A stretch of 64,000 bases of DNA from Elephas maximus (lineage: Eukaryota), in assembly GCF_024166365.1 (NCBI RefSeq), contig NC_064828.1:30503814-30567813 (forward strand), read 5' to 3'. The notes under the pieces were generated by a model. The model did no database searches. It saw only the letters and a program-made list of their open reading frames with translations, and was not told the origin of the DNA. Shown one piece after another: positions 22,934 through 35,810 of this stretch (positions are counted from its first letter, which is position 1; the number at the start of each line of letters is the position of its first letter). The translations under genes and the position numbers were made by a program.

Positions 22934-23090
22934 CCGGGGCAGGGTCTTTGGGACCCAGTCTGAGATCAGCTGCCCATTCTGGTCCACCAGCCTGTCAACG
23001 CCATCAATGATCAGCACCAGGTTCTGGCCAGGGTGCAGGGACTGAGCAGACTTGGGCAGCAGCCTCTGCTGCAGCTCCCATACCAGACCT
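22934..23090 (-). CDS. TEP1: TEP1 NACHT Walker-B exon (R)GLVWELQQRLLPKSAQSLHPGQNLVLIIDGVDRLVDQNGQLISDWVPKTLPR.
   Basis: Acceptor cttacAG (23092-23091), donor GTGAGT (22933-). Contains hhhhDG-D (LVLIIDGVD). Confidence 0.82.
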
Positions 23091-23187
23091 CTGTAAGCGG
23101 AGGGGAAGGCTAGAGTTATGGAGAGAGGGAGACACAGGGTGGTGTCACATGGCAACAACAAGGCTAGGCTAATGGGGTGACACACAC

Positions 23188-23363
23188 CGGTAGGTACTGG
23201 GGAGGGCACTCGGTTCCTGTAGATGGCTATGAAGATAGGCACAGAGGCGTCTGAGCAGGGTGAGAGCAAGACTCTGGTCCGGGCGGGCACCTGAGAAGTG
23301 GAAGAAGACGAAGGGGGCCACTCTGGTCCCATCAGGAGCCTGCAGGGCTGACACAAGGGATGC
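23188..23363 (-). CDS. TEP1: TEP1 NACHT exon ASLVSALQAPDGTRVAPFVFFHFSGARPDQSLALTLLRRLCAYLHSHLQEPSALPSTY(R).
   Basis: Acceptor catacAG (23365-23364), donor GTGTGT (23187-). Ends in phase 2. Confidence 0.8.
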
Positions 23364-23481
23364 CTGTATGGGATGGAAACAGAAAACGTGGTCACATTTT
23401 ATACGGACAAGCACTCTATGCCCCACTTCCGTAGGCACACAGCCCCCACCCCCTCCCACCTAGGCCTCTGAAGCTCGGTAC

Positions 23482-23676
23482 CAGGAAGGCGGTCTTGCCC
23501 TGTCCCGACTGCCCAACCACCAGGCTTAGCCTCCCCCGGTGCCGCGTCAGCTGCTGCACTATGTCCTGAAGAAGGCGAGGTCGGGCAGTGCTGGGTGGGC
23601 TCTGTAGCTGTTGGAAGGTGGCCTGGACTGAGTCATCATCCCGGGTGGGCACTGGCTGCTCCTGCTGGGACCCAGG
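23482..23676 (-). CDS. TEP1: TEP1 NACHT P-loop exon PGSQQEQPVPTRDDDSVQATFQQLQSPPSTARPRLLQDIVQQLTRHRGRLSLVVGQSGQGKTAFL. Walker A motif GQSGQGKT.
   Basis: Acceptor tctcAG (23678-23677), donor GTACCG (23481-). 65 codons, phase 0. Matches the human TEP1 NACHT start. Confidence 0.8.
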
Positions 23677-23833
23677 CTGAGAGCACATGGGGCAGTGACT
23701 ACCAGGTCTCCATGCTCCTAGGGACCCCCAGGCCTAAACCCACAGAGCCCCCACCAAGTTCCCTCCCCACTCAGGACCACCCAGACCACCCTGTCCCTTC
23801 CCACTCCCCGCAGTTAACAGCATTCCTGCTGAC

Positions 23834-23990
23834 CTCCAGGTAAAGCTTCTGGATCACATTCCACACATCCTGCAGAACCAACTTCCCAAACTCCTCCAGT
23901 TCCCCAACATAGGGCTGGCCGGCTGCCACACCCCCCCATTCACAGGGGTATCTGCGGGCAAAGCAAACCCACCCTAAGTCAAAGCAGGCC
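23834..23990 (-). CDS. TEP1: TEP1 exon (approximate) [40 protein letters not shown].
   Basis: Minus-strand ORF 23771..24004. Confidence 0.45.
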
Positions 23991-24031
23991 AGCTCCCCTG
24001 CCACATCCCCATGTAGGTACTCCAGCTCACC

Positions 24032-24135
24032 TGCGGCAGGTAATCTCTTTCTGTTTGCTCAGGTAGCTCTTCAGTTCTGTCATCCGATGTGCAGCGTCTT
24101 CAGACTCAGGAATAAAGTCAGATTTCCAGGTATCT
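24032..24135 (-). CDS. TEP1: TEP1 exon (approximate) [34 protein letters not shown]. Donor cag|GTGAGC near 24031.
   Basis: C-terminal segment of minus-strand ORF 24027..24662. Confidence 0.45.
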
Positions 24136-24410
24136 GGCACAGAACTGACCCGCCAAAGATACTTCAAGAGTGGGACTAGACTCAGACTCCAGCCTCCCTC
24201 CACCTTGCTGGCTGTGATGTCCAGAAACTCATTCTCAAATGGTGATCCCCTGACTCCAGCTCCAAGACTGAATTGGGGCTGCTCTACTGAACGCTGTTTC
24301 TCTCTTCTAGTTCCCCCTCCTGTCCTCTGAATGTTGAAGAGACAAGACATGGCCACCAAGCCTGTCTGGCCTTCTGTGGAGACTGCCCTGGAGGCAACAG
24401 GCGGGTACCT

Positions 24411-24545
24411 GAGGAAGCTGGAATCCCGGAAGTAGATGAGAGCTGGGGCAGAGTTCTGCAGGCGGAGGCCCCGGTTCAGGAACTGCATCACCTCCATTTC
24501 TGTCACCGAGCGCCCCGGGGGGTACTGCTGGGCCTGCAGGGAAGG
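24411..24545 (-). CDS. TEP1: TEP1 exon (approximate) LQAQQYPPGRSVTEMEVMQFLNRGLRLQNSAPALIYFRDSSFLR.
   Basis: Internal segment of minus-strand ORF 24027..24662. Confidence 0.4.
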
Positions 24546-25096
24546 GGCAGAGGGCAGGCGGAGTACAGTCCTAGGCCTGAATGCTAAAGTCTCCTTCCAG
24601 ACCTGCCTAGGCCCCCCAGACTCCTTCACCTCCATAATGTTCCTCCTTCCCTCCCGACACAAGTCAATAAAATATAGCTAACAACTAACATTTATTAAAG
24701 GTATGTGCCAAGCATTTTTTTTACAGATTATTTTAAAGTCACGTAATAACTGCAATATAGATGTCATTGTTTCTCTTTAATACACAGGGAAATTAAGGCT
24801 AGGTTAAGTTAAGCAGCGCCCAAAAAGCTGCATAAAACGTAAATGGCAGAAGGGAGATCAGAACCCACAGAACAACCCTCTTACCCTTGCATTCCTTGCT
24901 GATTCCAGAGGTACTGCCCAAAGGAATTCCCTCATCTAGGACTTGGTCACTCCCGGACTCAGACTGTGTTTCCCTTCAAGTCTCAAGGACGTGCCTGTAT
25001 GTAGTCCCAGGGCTCCCGACAAACTGTGGATTCCCCTTAGCCCTACCCCACCCTTTGTTGCCTCGGTCCCAGGCCCTGCTCCAAGCTTGTCCGTCT

Positions 25097-25260
25097 TACC
25101 CAGCAAAAGTGTGGATAGTCAGGGAGGCTGTAGCTGGGCGGAATGTAGCCATAGCGTGAGCCCAGAATCCCCACGAACAGCTGTGAGTTCTCCACCTCCC
25201 CAAGGCACACTTCCAGTTGTCTGTGGGCATGGTTGTGGAGACATGCAAGAGTCATGGTAC
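25097..25260 (-). CDS. TEP1: TEP1 exon (approximate) [52 protein letters not shown].
   Basis: Minus-strand ORF 25043..25255. Confidence 0.45.
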
Positions 25261-25462
25261 AGGAATACAGGTGAGAATGTGGTGATGGGAAACACCTGGC
25301 TCACAACTGAGCAAAATTAAAGCAGGCTGCTCTTATCAGCACCCGAGGGCAACTCCTTTCCCTGGCCCTCATCCATTCCTACAGCCCCAGCCCGGTCCCA
25401 CCTCAGTTCCATCACTCAAGCCCTTCATCCCTGGCCCAGGCCCTTGCTTCTGCAGCCCCACA

Positions 25463-25640
25463 CCTGTTCCTCCGGGTCTCCTCCTCGGTGACGCCCCAGC
25501 GTAGGTCGATGCCGTGAAGACTGATGCGGTGGGGAGCTGCACGGGCCTGCAAGGCCGGCAGCACTGATCTCAGAAGCAGGTCCCGCTCCCCATGCATGTC
25601 CCGGAAAGTGGATGAAATGAAAAGCCGGATGCTGCGCCAT
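25463..25640 (-). CDS. TEP1: TEP1 exon (approximate) ...[53 protein letters not shown].
   Basis: Minus-strand ORF 25412..25597 plus an in-frame upstream extension. Confidence 0.5.
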
Positions 25641-25999
25641 CTGGGGGTGAGCGCTGGGCTCAGCCTAGAGGTCAGCCCACCAACCTAATTCCACAGGCTG
25701 CTGTGGATCAGCCTTCAGCTCTGAGCATGAGCCAGGTCCCACAGATAGCAAGCAGAGGGCCCAGCAGGTCCCCAGAGATTAATGCACAGGTAGCCTCAAC
25801 GGCAGAGCCCTGGAGTTGAAACCCCACTTGCCCCTTCTCGTGCACCCCTCCCCTTGTCAGCAGATAATTATCACACACTTGTATCTACTCATGGAATGCT
25901 CAGGACAACACTGTGAGGTACATGTGGTCACGATCCTCATTTTACTGATGAGGAAACTGCAGCTTTAAGAGATTAAGCAACTAGCCCAAGGTGGTGGGT

Positions 26000-26203
26000 G
26001 TTGTTATTGGTTGCTGTCAAGTCGATCAGGATTCATGGAGACCCCATGTGTGTCACGGTAGAACTGGGTTCCATACGGTTTTCAAGGCTGTGACTGTTCA
26101 GAAACAGATTGCCAGGTCTTTCTTCTGAGGCACTTCTGGATGGGTACAAACTGCCAACTTTTCGGCTAGTAGTGGAGCACTTAACTCTTGCACCACTCAG
26201 GGA
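26000..26203 (-). mobile_element. AfroSINE-related SINE, - orientation.
   Basis: ttgctgtcaagtcgatcaggattcatggagacc...tggagcacttaactcttgcaccactcaggg. Confidence 0.75.
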
Positions 26204-26544
26204 CTGACCTACCCCAAGGTACAAGCTACTATGTGGCAAAGCCAGAAGAATGAGAAAGTCATGTTTGAGCTCCTTAGCCCTCTGCCTAGGTCCTGGCTAT
26301 ATGGCCATGGTACCTGTTGCCATTCCCGCATTCTAACCTCCTTTCCCCAATACAGAAAGGGGCACATTCACAATCTGACAATTTCCTGTGTTAGAGACAC
26401 CCCTGCCTGGGAAAGAGGAAACAGCATAGCTCAAGGAACAGAACAAACAGGATCTTAACAGTCAGCATTTTAGTCACCAGAGTTTCTCAGGTTTCGACTA
26501 CAGCCCCTCCCTACTGACAAAGGCATAGAAACACAGACTTACCC

Positions 26545-26705
26545 ATGCTGGGAAATTGGAGCCAAGGGGCTTGGAATATTCTCTTCCAGCGGCCTGAGAG
26601 ACAGGAGCCCTGTCTTTCCTGGGGGTGGTGGGATGTTGAATATTCTGTCCATTTGGCCCACGTGTTCTAGAAGACGGGAGGCCCCTTGCTCTGCAATGAA
26701 CCTGA
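26545..26705 (-). CDS. TEP1: TEP1 exon (approximate) FIAEQGASRLLEHVGQMDRIFNIPPPPGKTGLLSLRPLEENIPSPLAPISQH.
   Basis: Minus-strand ORF 26539..26772. Confidence 0.45.
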
Positions 26706-28818
26706 CATAAACAGTAACAAAATGACTGAGAACAGAATACCAGAGGTCAGATCCAGGGAGATAGGAGGTCAAACATAGGGCTAGGGTAGGACACCCAGTT
26801 AATTGGAGCTCCCTAAGAAGATGACCACAAGTAGTGAACGCAGACTTAAAATAAATGAGGCTGCAGAACCATAGGAGTGAAGAAACCCAGTTCTAGCCCC
26901 TCCTGCTATCCATGATTATCAAAGGCTTCCCGCTAAACCAGAGGCAACTGGGCTGGGCAAAGTTGTAAAGATTAAGGCCATCCCAGTCTGGGCTTGATCA
27001 GCTCTGCAACAGCCATGAAAGCTCCCTGGAGGAGGATGGAGCTTCCTAATAGGAACTGAGGAAAAGACTAAGGGTGGAGAAAGAGACAAAGTAAGAGATT
27101 TCTGTAATTCTGCATAAACAGATGGAGTTTCTTTTAGATTAATAACGGAACACAGGCTACAGAGAGCAAATAAAATAAAATGTAAAGTTGGTCACATCAC
27201 TTAAAAGTAAACAGTGCACTCTCCCATATTGCCTTTTTTCCCGCTTCCCTACTGGATGTAATGCACACGTGATGGCTGGAGCTGGAGCAGCCATCTTGAA
27301 CTATGAGTTAGAAGCTGAGTATTTGAGGATGGTGAAGTGGTAAGATAGAAGCTGCTTGTGTTCCTATATCACTATGGAGCTTCTACACCTGGATAGCTGT
27401 AGGAGAGGAATAAAATTCTATCTTGCTTTAAAAAAAAAAGTGAATGGAGTAGAAGACCACAGATAATATCTGAAAGACATTCTACAAAGCCCCCAAACCC
27501 TTGTCATGTACTCACTTCAGTATCCCGTCAGTACAGCCTGAGAGTGTCACATCCTTGGGGTTCACATTTGTAAACCTGGCAAAGTAAGAAGCAGCTGTTA
27601 ACCATCAGAAACAATGCCAGGAATGCAGAGTCGCTGACCCATATCACCTTGGGGCAGTCATTTTGCTTCTGTGCTTTTAATAAGTTATGTGCTGAGCTGA
27701 GGTGGACCCTCACAAAGGGATCCAGAGCTAGGCTGAAGGCTTCAAAGAAGGTTCTAGCACCCAAAGTGCGACAGAGGTAGGAAGGCAAAGGTGGAGAGGC
27801 ACATGGAGAGAGATGGTGTCCCAAGCTTCGGTAGAGGTGGAAGGCCCTTCTGGCACAGGGGAAGGAGTACAGGCATCCTTACGTTAAACCTGTCATTTGC
27901 AGGAGAACACCAACAAAGAGGCACTTGGAATTCACATGTTGCCAGAAAAGCTGTTTAGCCACATTTATCAATCTCTGATTTGTAACTTGGCCAAAGACGA
28001 TGACCCTGTCCACCTGTAAGATGAAAGGGGAAGAGCTGAGATCAGGAGACAAAGGGATAGAAGAGACACTAAAGGACTCAGGATATCAAGAGAAGAAGGC
28101 TCTAAAGAGTGGGGAGAGGGGGGAATTTTGAGGGAGATGGGAACTGCCTCTCCTGAGGGTGGTGGTATATAAGTTCCCACGAGCTTAGGATACGAGAAGC
28201 CACTACTCCCCTGACTTGGGGGGCATCAAGCAGGAGATAGGGGTAGGGCCAGTAGTGTGCTGGAATTGGCTCATTCAGGCTCACGAGAGCAAACTGTTAA
28301 ATTTTTAGGGATTTTGTGAGCCAGTTGTTAAGCATAGCCATTATTAAACATTAAACTGCATTACAATTACTAAATTACATTAAAAACAAGGATAATAAAC
28401 ACTCAAAATTATCACTTCCTATTTTACTACATTTTACTACTGTCTACTCTTGAGCTCATCTGCACCTCCATATCTGAGTGGTGGAAATACCATACAATTG
28501 TGTGCTACAGAGCATTACTTCCAAACTCTGCGTTCAGTGACATCAGGTTGGGAGCTTGAAATCGGCCATGGTAGGAGTATTTACACCATGGAAATTGGCA
28601 ACTGCTATTAATCCAGATTTATTTTTCTGGAGAGCTGGCTGTTCAACAATTACCAGCACACCACTGGGTAGGGAATTTGTTGAAGGTTAGCAGGAGCTGA
28701 TCTGGATATTGTACATACTTTGCAAGGTCAGTTTTGAGTGGTTAAGAAAAAAGATTCATTAATTGTGGAGGAAAATGTCGGGGAGGACAAGCTTCCTCAC
28801 GGGCTGGCCAGTACTCAC

Positions 28819-28902
28819 AGGGACCCTTTGGGCAGCCAGAGACAGCAGGTACTTTCCAAAAGTATTCAAAGGCCATTCATCTTCATCCTTTGCATCCAAC
28901 TC
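28819..28902 (-). CDS. TEP1: TEP1 exon ELDAKDEDEWPLNTFGKYLLSLAAQRVP.
   Basis: Acceptor ccttcAG (28904-28903), donor GTGAGT (28818-28813). 28 codons. Confidence 0.65.
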
Positions 28903-29077
28903 CTGAAGGAAAGGCTCAGGTTATGCAGTCGGAAGGGAGATGATCAGCGAGCAACAAGCACCACAGTCTGTTCAGGAAACCTTCGGAACTATGTACAGTC
29001 ATGCCTTTACTGACTATTCGGGTTGTCCCCATATATTTTTTTTTTTTTGATGATAGGGGTTAGTGTCTGACCTGAAC

Positions 29078-29232
29078 TTGAGCCTGGAGCTCGGTTGCGG
29101 TCTTCAGGATTCCCTCCTCTGCCTTCAGCACAGCCGTCTTCAGAGTGCCTTTTCCGCACAGCAGGAGCTCTGCCTGCTCCGCCCGCGCGATCATCATTCC
29201 AACCAACAGCAGCACGTAGTTCAGAGGGGGCT
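29078..29232 (-). CDS. TEP1: TEP1 exon (approximate) PPLNYVLLLVGMMIARAEQAELLLCGKGTLKTAVLKAEEGILKTATELQAQ.
   Basis: Minus-strand ORF 29060..29344, internal segment. Confidence 0.45.
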
Positions 29233-29713
29233 GAAGGGACAAGCACCAGGGTGAAACAGGCTCCCCTGATTTGGAATTCACCCTTGCCCTTCCAACTCTG
29301 AAGGCCAAACCCCTCATTGGTGGGAGGAAGGGGAAAGGAGACAAGATGGCCAGTTGGGAGGAGACAGCTTCAGCAGCCCTGGGGAAGAGCTGCCTGGAGC
29401 CAGGAGCAATGCGGAGTCCTGCCCAAAGTCAACACTGGGATGGAGGGAGGTGAAAGTGAGACATATTTTGGTGATATTCAGTACCAGCATTAAGTACCAG
29501 CCAAATGTGGAATGTTAATCTTTTGATCCACAAACGGGGCTGGAGGACACATTCTAGAACTGTCCTTTGGAACCAGGTACTGACACTTGGAGGCAAATTC
29601 ATGTCGTTTAGCTCAGTTCTGAGTGTTTATTTGAGAGAACCAGGTCTGGAAACAGGACACTGCTTGGGGTCCCCAGCACCTACCAACCCTCTCCCCCCAT
29701 TCCTATAGTTTAC

Positions 29714-29880
29714 CCCTTGTGGGTTGCTCTTGGGGCAGAGGCTGTTTGCATTCGAATCTGTCAGGTAGACCAAGAGGGTGCGGCCTGGCAGCGGGGGCAC
29801 GCTGTGCTGCACAGAGAGGTTCACAGCTGTCTCCAGGGCCTGGCGGTACCGATCCAGTATCTCACCATCATATTTCCCCT
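29714..29880 (-). CDS. TEP1: TEP1 exon (approximate) KYDGEILDRYRQALETAVNLSVQHSVPPLPGRTLLVYLTDSNANSLCPKSNPQG.
   Basis: Minus-strand ORF 29627..30001, internal segment. Confidence 0.45.
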
Positions 29881-30584
29881 GTCTGCAGGCAGGAAAGAAT
29901 GAGACAGACAGGCTTAGGGGCTCATCTGCCTGCCACTTTGAGGCAGATGGGAAGATGAGAATTTGCCACTCAAGTTCTGAGGCCCCTCCCTCCCTCCTCA
30001 AGCACTACCATCCCCTCTCCACAGCCTGCCTCTACTGCTGGCATAGAACACGGGGACAGACTGTCCCCATCCTATGGGACTCTTCCAATCCATTCTCGTG
30101 GCGGGAGAAAAGATGTCTGTAGACCCACTCTCCGAAATCACTTAACATGCTTACCACATTAATCCATACTTACTTCATAAGGCAGATTTTTATTGCTACA
30201 TATTTTAAAGCTGTATTTTAAAGAACAAATACTAATCCCTTACAATGAAAACTGGCAATTAAAGGAGAAAGAATTGAACATTCATCCTGTCTTTCCTCAT
30301 TAAACTCTATTTCAGGGTAATAAATAGCTTCAGTTTTTGAGGGAAGTTCCTTTTGGAATTCCAGCTCATAAATACGAAGGAATGGTAGAAAGCCTCCCTT
30401 CTGCAACCACTACTGAAACAACTGGTCCAGGCAAGGATCATCAATGAATGAACCAGCTTTACAGTGCAGAGATCAGGCTGTTACCACCTAAAAGCACTGA
30501 TCAATCTTCCCATCACTATGAATGGGACTACCAGACTTTTGGGGCCTCCTAAAAAAAAAAAAAAAAAAAATTTTTTTTTTTTTT

Positions 30585-30790
30585 TAAGAGCTATGGCTTA
30601 TATGGCTGCTATGAGTCAGAATCGACTCGACGGCAATGGGTTAAGAGCTACGGCTGTTAACCAAAAGGTCGGCAGTTCAAATCCACCAGCCCCTCTCTGG
30701 AAGCCCTATGGAGCAGTTCTGTCCTATAAGGCTGTTATGCGTCGGAATCGACTTGATGGCAACAGGTTTGGTTTTTGGTTTTTTTTTTAA
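30585..30790 (+). mobile_element. Two adjacent AfroSINE copies (one partial), + orientation. Preceded by an A22T14 tract at 30552-30590.
   Basis: gagctatggct...gagtcagaatcgactcgacggcaatgggtt then aagagctacggctgttaaccaaaaggtcggcagttcaaatcc... Confidence 0.8.
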
Positions 30791-31255
30791 GAGAATACTG
30801 TATAACGTGCACAGAATCACCTATGATTCTTTCTATTCAAGGCTTTAGAGTTAATGCTCAGAGTATATAAAATACAGAAACAATTTAAAAGATGCAATGA
30901 GGGAGCAGTGAAAGCCAGAACGTAGGACACTCCACCAGGACCCCTGACCCTGGTTTCACAGCAAGTCATCAACATGAAAAAAGAGATTTAAGCAACTTAA
31001 CAATCAAATCCAATACACAGACCTTGTTTGGATACTCATTTGGGCAAAACTGTGAAAAGCTTTTTTTTTTAGATAATTGGAAATTTTGAATATGGAGTGA
31101 ATAATAGGTGATTAATACCAAGACATTATTTTTAATCCTGTTAGGTAATATTAATGGCATTATAATTATGTAAGAAAAGTCTGTTTTTTAAGAGACACAT
31201 GCCAGGTATGGAGGGGTAAAATAAAACATATTATCCAAAAAAAAAAAAAAAAAAA

Positions 31256-31409
31256 AACCAAACTTGTTGCTGTCAAGTTGATCCCAACTCACAGTGACCC
31301 TAGGACAGAGCAGAACTGCCCCATAGAGTTTCCAAGGAGCTCCTGGTGGATACAAACTGCCTACCTTGTGGTTGGCAGCTGTAGCACTTAACCACTATGC
31401 TACCAGGGC
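31256..31409 (-). mobile_element. AfroSINE, - orientation. Preceded by a poly-A run.
   Basis: SINE consensus in reverse complement. Confidence 0.8.
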
Positions 31410-32369
31410 AGTGTGTAGCATTTGTTTTAAGAAATATCCTCAAAGAGATGAAAAGAAAAAAATGAATCAATAAAAGAAGTGTGGTAAAATCCAGATAATC
31501 ATTTAACCTGGTTAACAGTTTTATAGGACTTCATTACACTATTTCCATTACTTATATGCATATTTAAAATTTTTCATAATAATTTTTTTTATCTAGAGAA
31601 TTTGGTAGTCTTTACCAGTGCTGTCCAATAGGATTAAATTACAACTAAATTAAATTAAATTTACATATTTAATTTTCAATTTTTTAGAAGTTACGTTAAA
31701 AAAAGTAAAAAGAAACAGAATTAATTTGATATTACATTTTATTTTACCTAGTATGTAAAATATTTTCACTTCAATATGTAATTCATACCAAAATTAATCA
31801 TGAGATATTTTACATTCTTATTTCATACAGTATTCAAACTCCAGCATGTCTCAATTCAGACTAGCTACACTTCAAGTGCTCAATAGCCACATGTGGCTAG
31901 TGGCTGGCATACCAGTCAGTAAAGGTATACCACTTGGACTGGCACCGTGGGCTGGATTCTAAATGGCCCTGTGTTCAGCCACTGATTCAGAAGACTCTCA
32001 GCCACTTGAGTCTTGCTACTATGTCAAGATCAGTCCTGCAGTTGTCTTGAGAGAAACCAAATGCAAGATATCATTGAAGCACCTAAAGGGACAGAGAGCT
32101 GGACTTTACCAAGCCTGTGGAACAGATGTCTGTCTTTGAGCCTGCTTGATGATAACTATCTTTATGTGCGTTAACAGAAGGTGAATGGGTCGGAAAACAT
32201 AAAAGCAAAAACAAACAGGTATCACAGGGAAGAAAAAGAAACAGTGAACCCAGTGAGGCAGAGTGGACATTAGCATACGCTTTTTTTATGAGGGGGGAAA
32301 TGCTGCAGATTCCACAGTCTCACACACACAAACATACACACACAGAAGAAAAAACACACACACACACCC

Positions 32370-32568
32370 CAAACCCACTGCCGTCGAGTTGATTCCAACT
32401 TATGAAGACCCAATGCGTTACAGAGTAGAATTGCTCCATAGGGTTTTCTTGGCTATCATCTTTATGGAGGCAGATTGCCAGGCCTTTCTTCCGTAGCACC
32501 TGAGTGAGTTTGAGCCACCAACCTTTAGGTTGACAGACTACCACAAACTATTTGTGCCACCCAGGGAC
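32370..32568 (-). mobile_element. AfroSINE, - orientation. Preceded by a (CA)n-rich stretch.
   Basis: SINE consensus in reverse complement. Confidence 0.8.
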
Positions 32569-32827
32569 CTCTCCACAAACATCAAAACCAATAAAACGAT
32601 CACAGATAATAGAGCCTAAGCATAGGTTTTGCTTCATGACTTCTTCATAGGACAATGTTGAAGACAAGGTTTGCTATGCCAGAGACAACTGGTGCCAGAT
32701 AAGTCTGAGCCATCAGGGTCACTGACAAGCTTGTCTTTACAGAACAGCATTCAGGGTTCCCAGATGATTCCCAAACCCGTTCAGAGTGCCTCCTACAGCC
32801 CACCCTTAGCTCCCAGATGGCACATAC

Positions 32828-32992
32828 ACACCTGGCCTTATGTATTTTCAGCTTCTCCCGCTTGAGCTGCTCATATACCACAGGCATCATCATTGCTGCC
32901 CGAAGTTCCCGACAGGTTACGCGCTGAAGGAGATTCCGACTGGGACATCTTTTGCCATTTCTTGAGTTTCTAATCATTATCCGCCTCATCAG
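32828..32992 (-). CDS. TEP1: TEP1 exon (approximate) ...RRIMIRNSRNGKRCPSRNLLQRVTCRELRAAMMMPVVYEQLKREKLKIHKAR.
   Basis: Minus-strand ORF 32645..32989, N-terminal part. Confidence 0.45.
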
Positions 32993-33217
32993 TTGTACGT
33001 TGGAAGGAAACGGTAATGCTGTATGGCAACAGGTAATTATCTGAGTCAGGCAGCTTCTATTCCCTCATCTTGCCCTCGCATTAATATCTGTCCTGAGCCC
33101 CAACCCTCTGCCAACACCATGCCCTGAGACTGGAAGACAAAAGGCTGAAAACGCCAACAATGCTGTCTCATCTGTTCACAGACATGAGAGACACACAGAA
33201 TTTGAAAGAAGGGAGAT

Positions 33218-33318
33218 AATACCTTTATTTCTGAGTTGAGCCTCAAGACCATCAATGGAATCATGGGCATTAAGGAATCTGAATGGAAACTGCCGACTGT
33301 GGATCACTGACTTCTGAA
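33218..33318 (-). CDS. TEP1: TEP1 TROVE-region exon (approximate) QKSVIHSRQFPFRFLNAHDSIDGLEAQLRNKGI.
   Basis: Minus-strand ORF 33176..33577, internal segment. Confidence 0.45.
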
Positions 33319-33409
33319 AAGCAAGGAAGGGGTCGTGAGCAGAGGACCAGGAAGTATGAGGGCCATCTGGGATCTCAGAGGACCAGGAAGATGAGGTAAC
33401 AATTCTGTT

Positions 33410-35265
33410 AAATTTGTGGAAAATGAGGAAGACCAAAATGGATATTAGAAAATACTTTAACACCTCAACAAGAAAAAGACAAATAATACAATTAAAAAAT
33501 GGGTAAAGGATATGAACAGACACTTCATCAAAGAAGACATTCAGGTGGCTAACAGACACATGAGGAAATGTTCCCAATCATTAGTCATTAGAGAAATGCA
33601 AATCAAAACTACAATGAGATACCATCTAACTCCGACATTACTGGCACAAATCAAAAAAACAGAAAATAACAAATGCTGGAGATGTTGCAGGGAGACTGGA
33701 ACTTTTATGCATTGCTGGCGGGAATGTAAAATGGTATTACCACTTTGGAAAACAACATGGCACCTCCTTAAAAAGCTAGAAATAGAAATACACGATCCAG
33801 CCATCTCACTCCTAGGAATATATCCTAGAGAAATGAGAGCTGTCACACGAACAGACATATGCACACCCACGTTCACTGCAGCATTATTAATCATAGCAAA
33901 AAGACTGAACAACCTAAGCGCCCATCAACAGATGAATGTATGAACAAACTATGCTACACACACATAATGGAATACTATGCAATGAAAAAGAAAAATGATA
34001 AATCCACAGAACATTTCACGACATGGATGAATTTAGACAGCATTATGCTGACTGACATAAGTCAATCACAAAAGGACAAATGTTATATGAGACCACTATT
34101 ATAAAAACTCAAGAAAAGGTTTAAACACAGAAAAAAACAATTTTTGATGGTTGCAAGGGAGGGGAGAGTCGGGAGGGGAAATCACTAGCTAAATAGTACC
34201 AAACCCAAATCCACTGCCATCGAGCCGATTCAGACTCATAGTGACCCCATAGGGTTTCCAAGGCTGTAAATCTCTATGGAAGCAGATTTCTACACCTTTC
34301 TCCCACAGACCCACTGGCGGTTTTGAACCACCAACCTTTCAGTTAGCAATCATTTTAACCACTGTGCCAGCAGGGCTCCTAACTAGACAGTAGACAAGTG
34401 TTAACTTTGGTGAAGGGAAAGACAACACACAATATAGGGGAAGTCGGCACAACTTGACTAAGACAATGTCATAGATGCTTTCTGGACACATCAAACACCT
34501 TAAGAGACCAAGTTACTGCAGCTGAGGGCTGGGGACCATACCTTGGGGGACATCCAGGTCAACTGGCATAACACAGTTCATAAAGAAAACATTCTACATC
34601 CTACTTTGGTGAGTAGCATCTGGGTCTTAAAAGCTTGCAAATAGCCATCTAAGATACCTCTATTTATCCCATCCCATCCAGAGCAAAGGCAAATGAAAAA
34701 CACCAAAGACACAAGGAAAATATTAGTCCAAAGGACTAATGGACCACAAATACCACAGCCTCCACCAGCCTGAGCCCAGAAGTGTCTGGCTAACACTAGT
34801 GGCTGTGACAGAGATCGCAACAGAGGATCCCAGACAGAGCAGGAGAAAAAATGTAGAACAAAATTCAAATTCACAAAAAAACACCAAACTGGTCTTACAG
34901 AGACTGAAGGAACCCTCAAGACTAAGACCACTGGACTTAATGCAGAACTGAAGCCACTCCCAAAGTCCACCTTTCAGCCAACGATCAGACAGGTCTATAA
35001 AACAAACAATAACACATGTGAGGAATGTGCTTCTTAGTTCAATGAAGTATATGAGACCAAAAGCAAAGATAAGAAGGCAGGTAGGGAGAGAACACCTAAA
35101 CAAATAGCTATGGGGAACCCAGGCTGGAAAGGGGTAGGGTGCTGACATATTGCAAGGATTGCAACCAATGTCACAAAACAATTTGTGTATCAATTTTTGA
35201 ATGAGAAACTAATTTGAGCTGTAAACTTTCACCTAACGCACAATAAAATTTTAAAAAAAAAAAAG
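33410..35265 (+). mobile_element. 5'-truncated LINE-1 carrying the ORF2 C-terminus and the 3'UTR with a poly-A tail. An AfroSINE (34199..34379, -) is embedded in it.
   Basis: Plus-strand ORF 33512..33943 ([19 protein letters not shown]...[11 protein letters not shown]) is an L1 ORF2 C-terminus. The 3' tail ends at the A-run at 35251-35263. Confidence 0.85.
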
Positions 35266-35674
35266 GACATTAGGTAAGATAGCTAGAGAAATGGGGAAAA
35301 GAATAAAGAAAATGGAAAGTCGTCATTTGAGAATATGAGAGGTAAATAAGAAAGACATGGCAGAAGGAGCCCTGTTTCTTTTTTGACTTTTATATTCCTC
35401 TGAAGTCACTTAAATCACAGAAATTCCTCTTCCTGGCTAAGTCTCTGACCTCAGAAAATAAAAATGAAAGTTCTTATACTCCCCTGTAATTTTTGAAAGA
35501 GTTAACTAAACCCCACACCTGTTTCCCCAATCTGTATCTCATCATCATACCTGTTTACAGCCCACATGAAAATAAACTGATGGCCATGACTCTCCTTAGC
35601 TCCTTGGAGAAGTGTGGCCTCCAAGGCAGCAGCGGAATCTCCACACCCATCTTAGGCACTGGGCCACGTGGCTA

Positions 35675-35810
35675 CGTGCCCCTCACACATACCGCATGCT
35701 GGAGTCGCTGGAGAACCAGCTCATGGTGTCGGGCACTGATTCCAACTCGCAACAGGTTGCTCAGGTTCCTCAGCATGGCCATGAAGGGAAGCTTCCCATT
35801 GTCTGTGGAA
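35675..35810 (-). CDS. TEP1: TEP1 TROVE-region exon (approximate) ...TDNGKLPFMAMLRNLSNLLRVGISARHHELVLQRLQHA...
   Basis: Minus-strand ORF 35672..35878. Confidence 0.45.
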
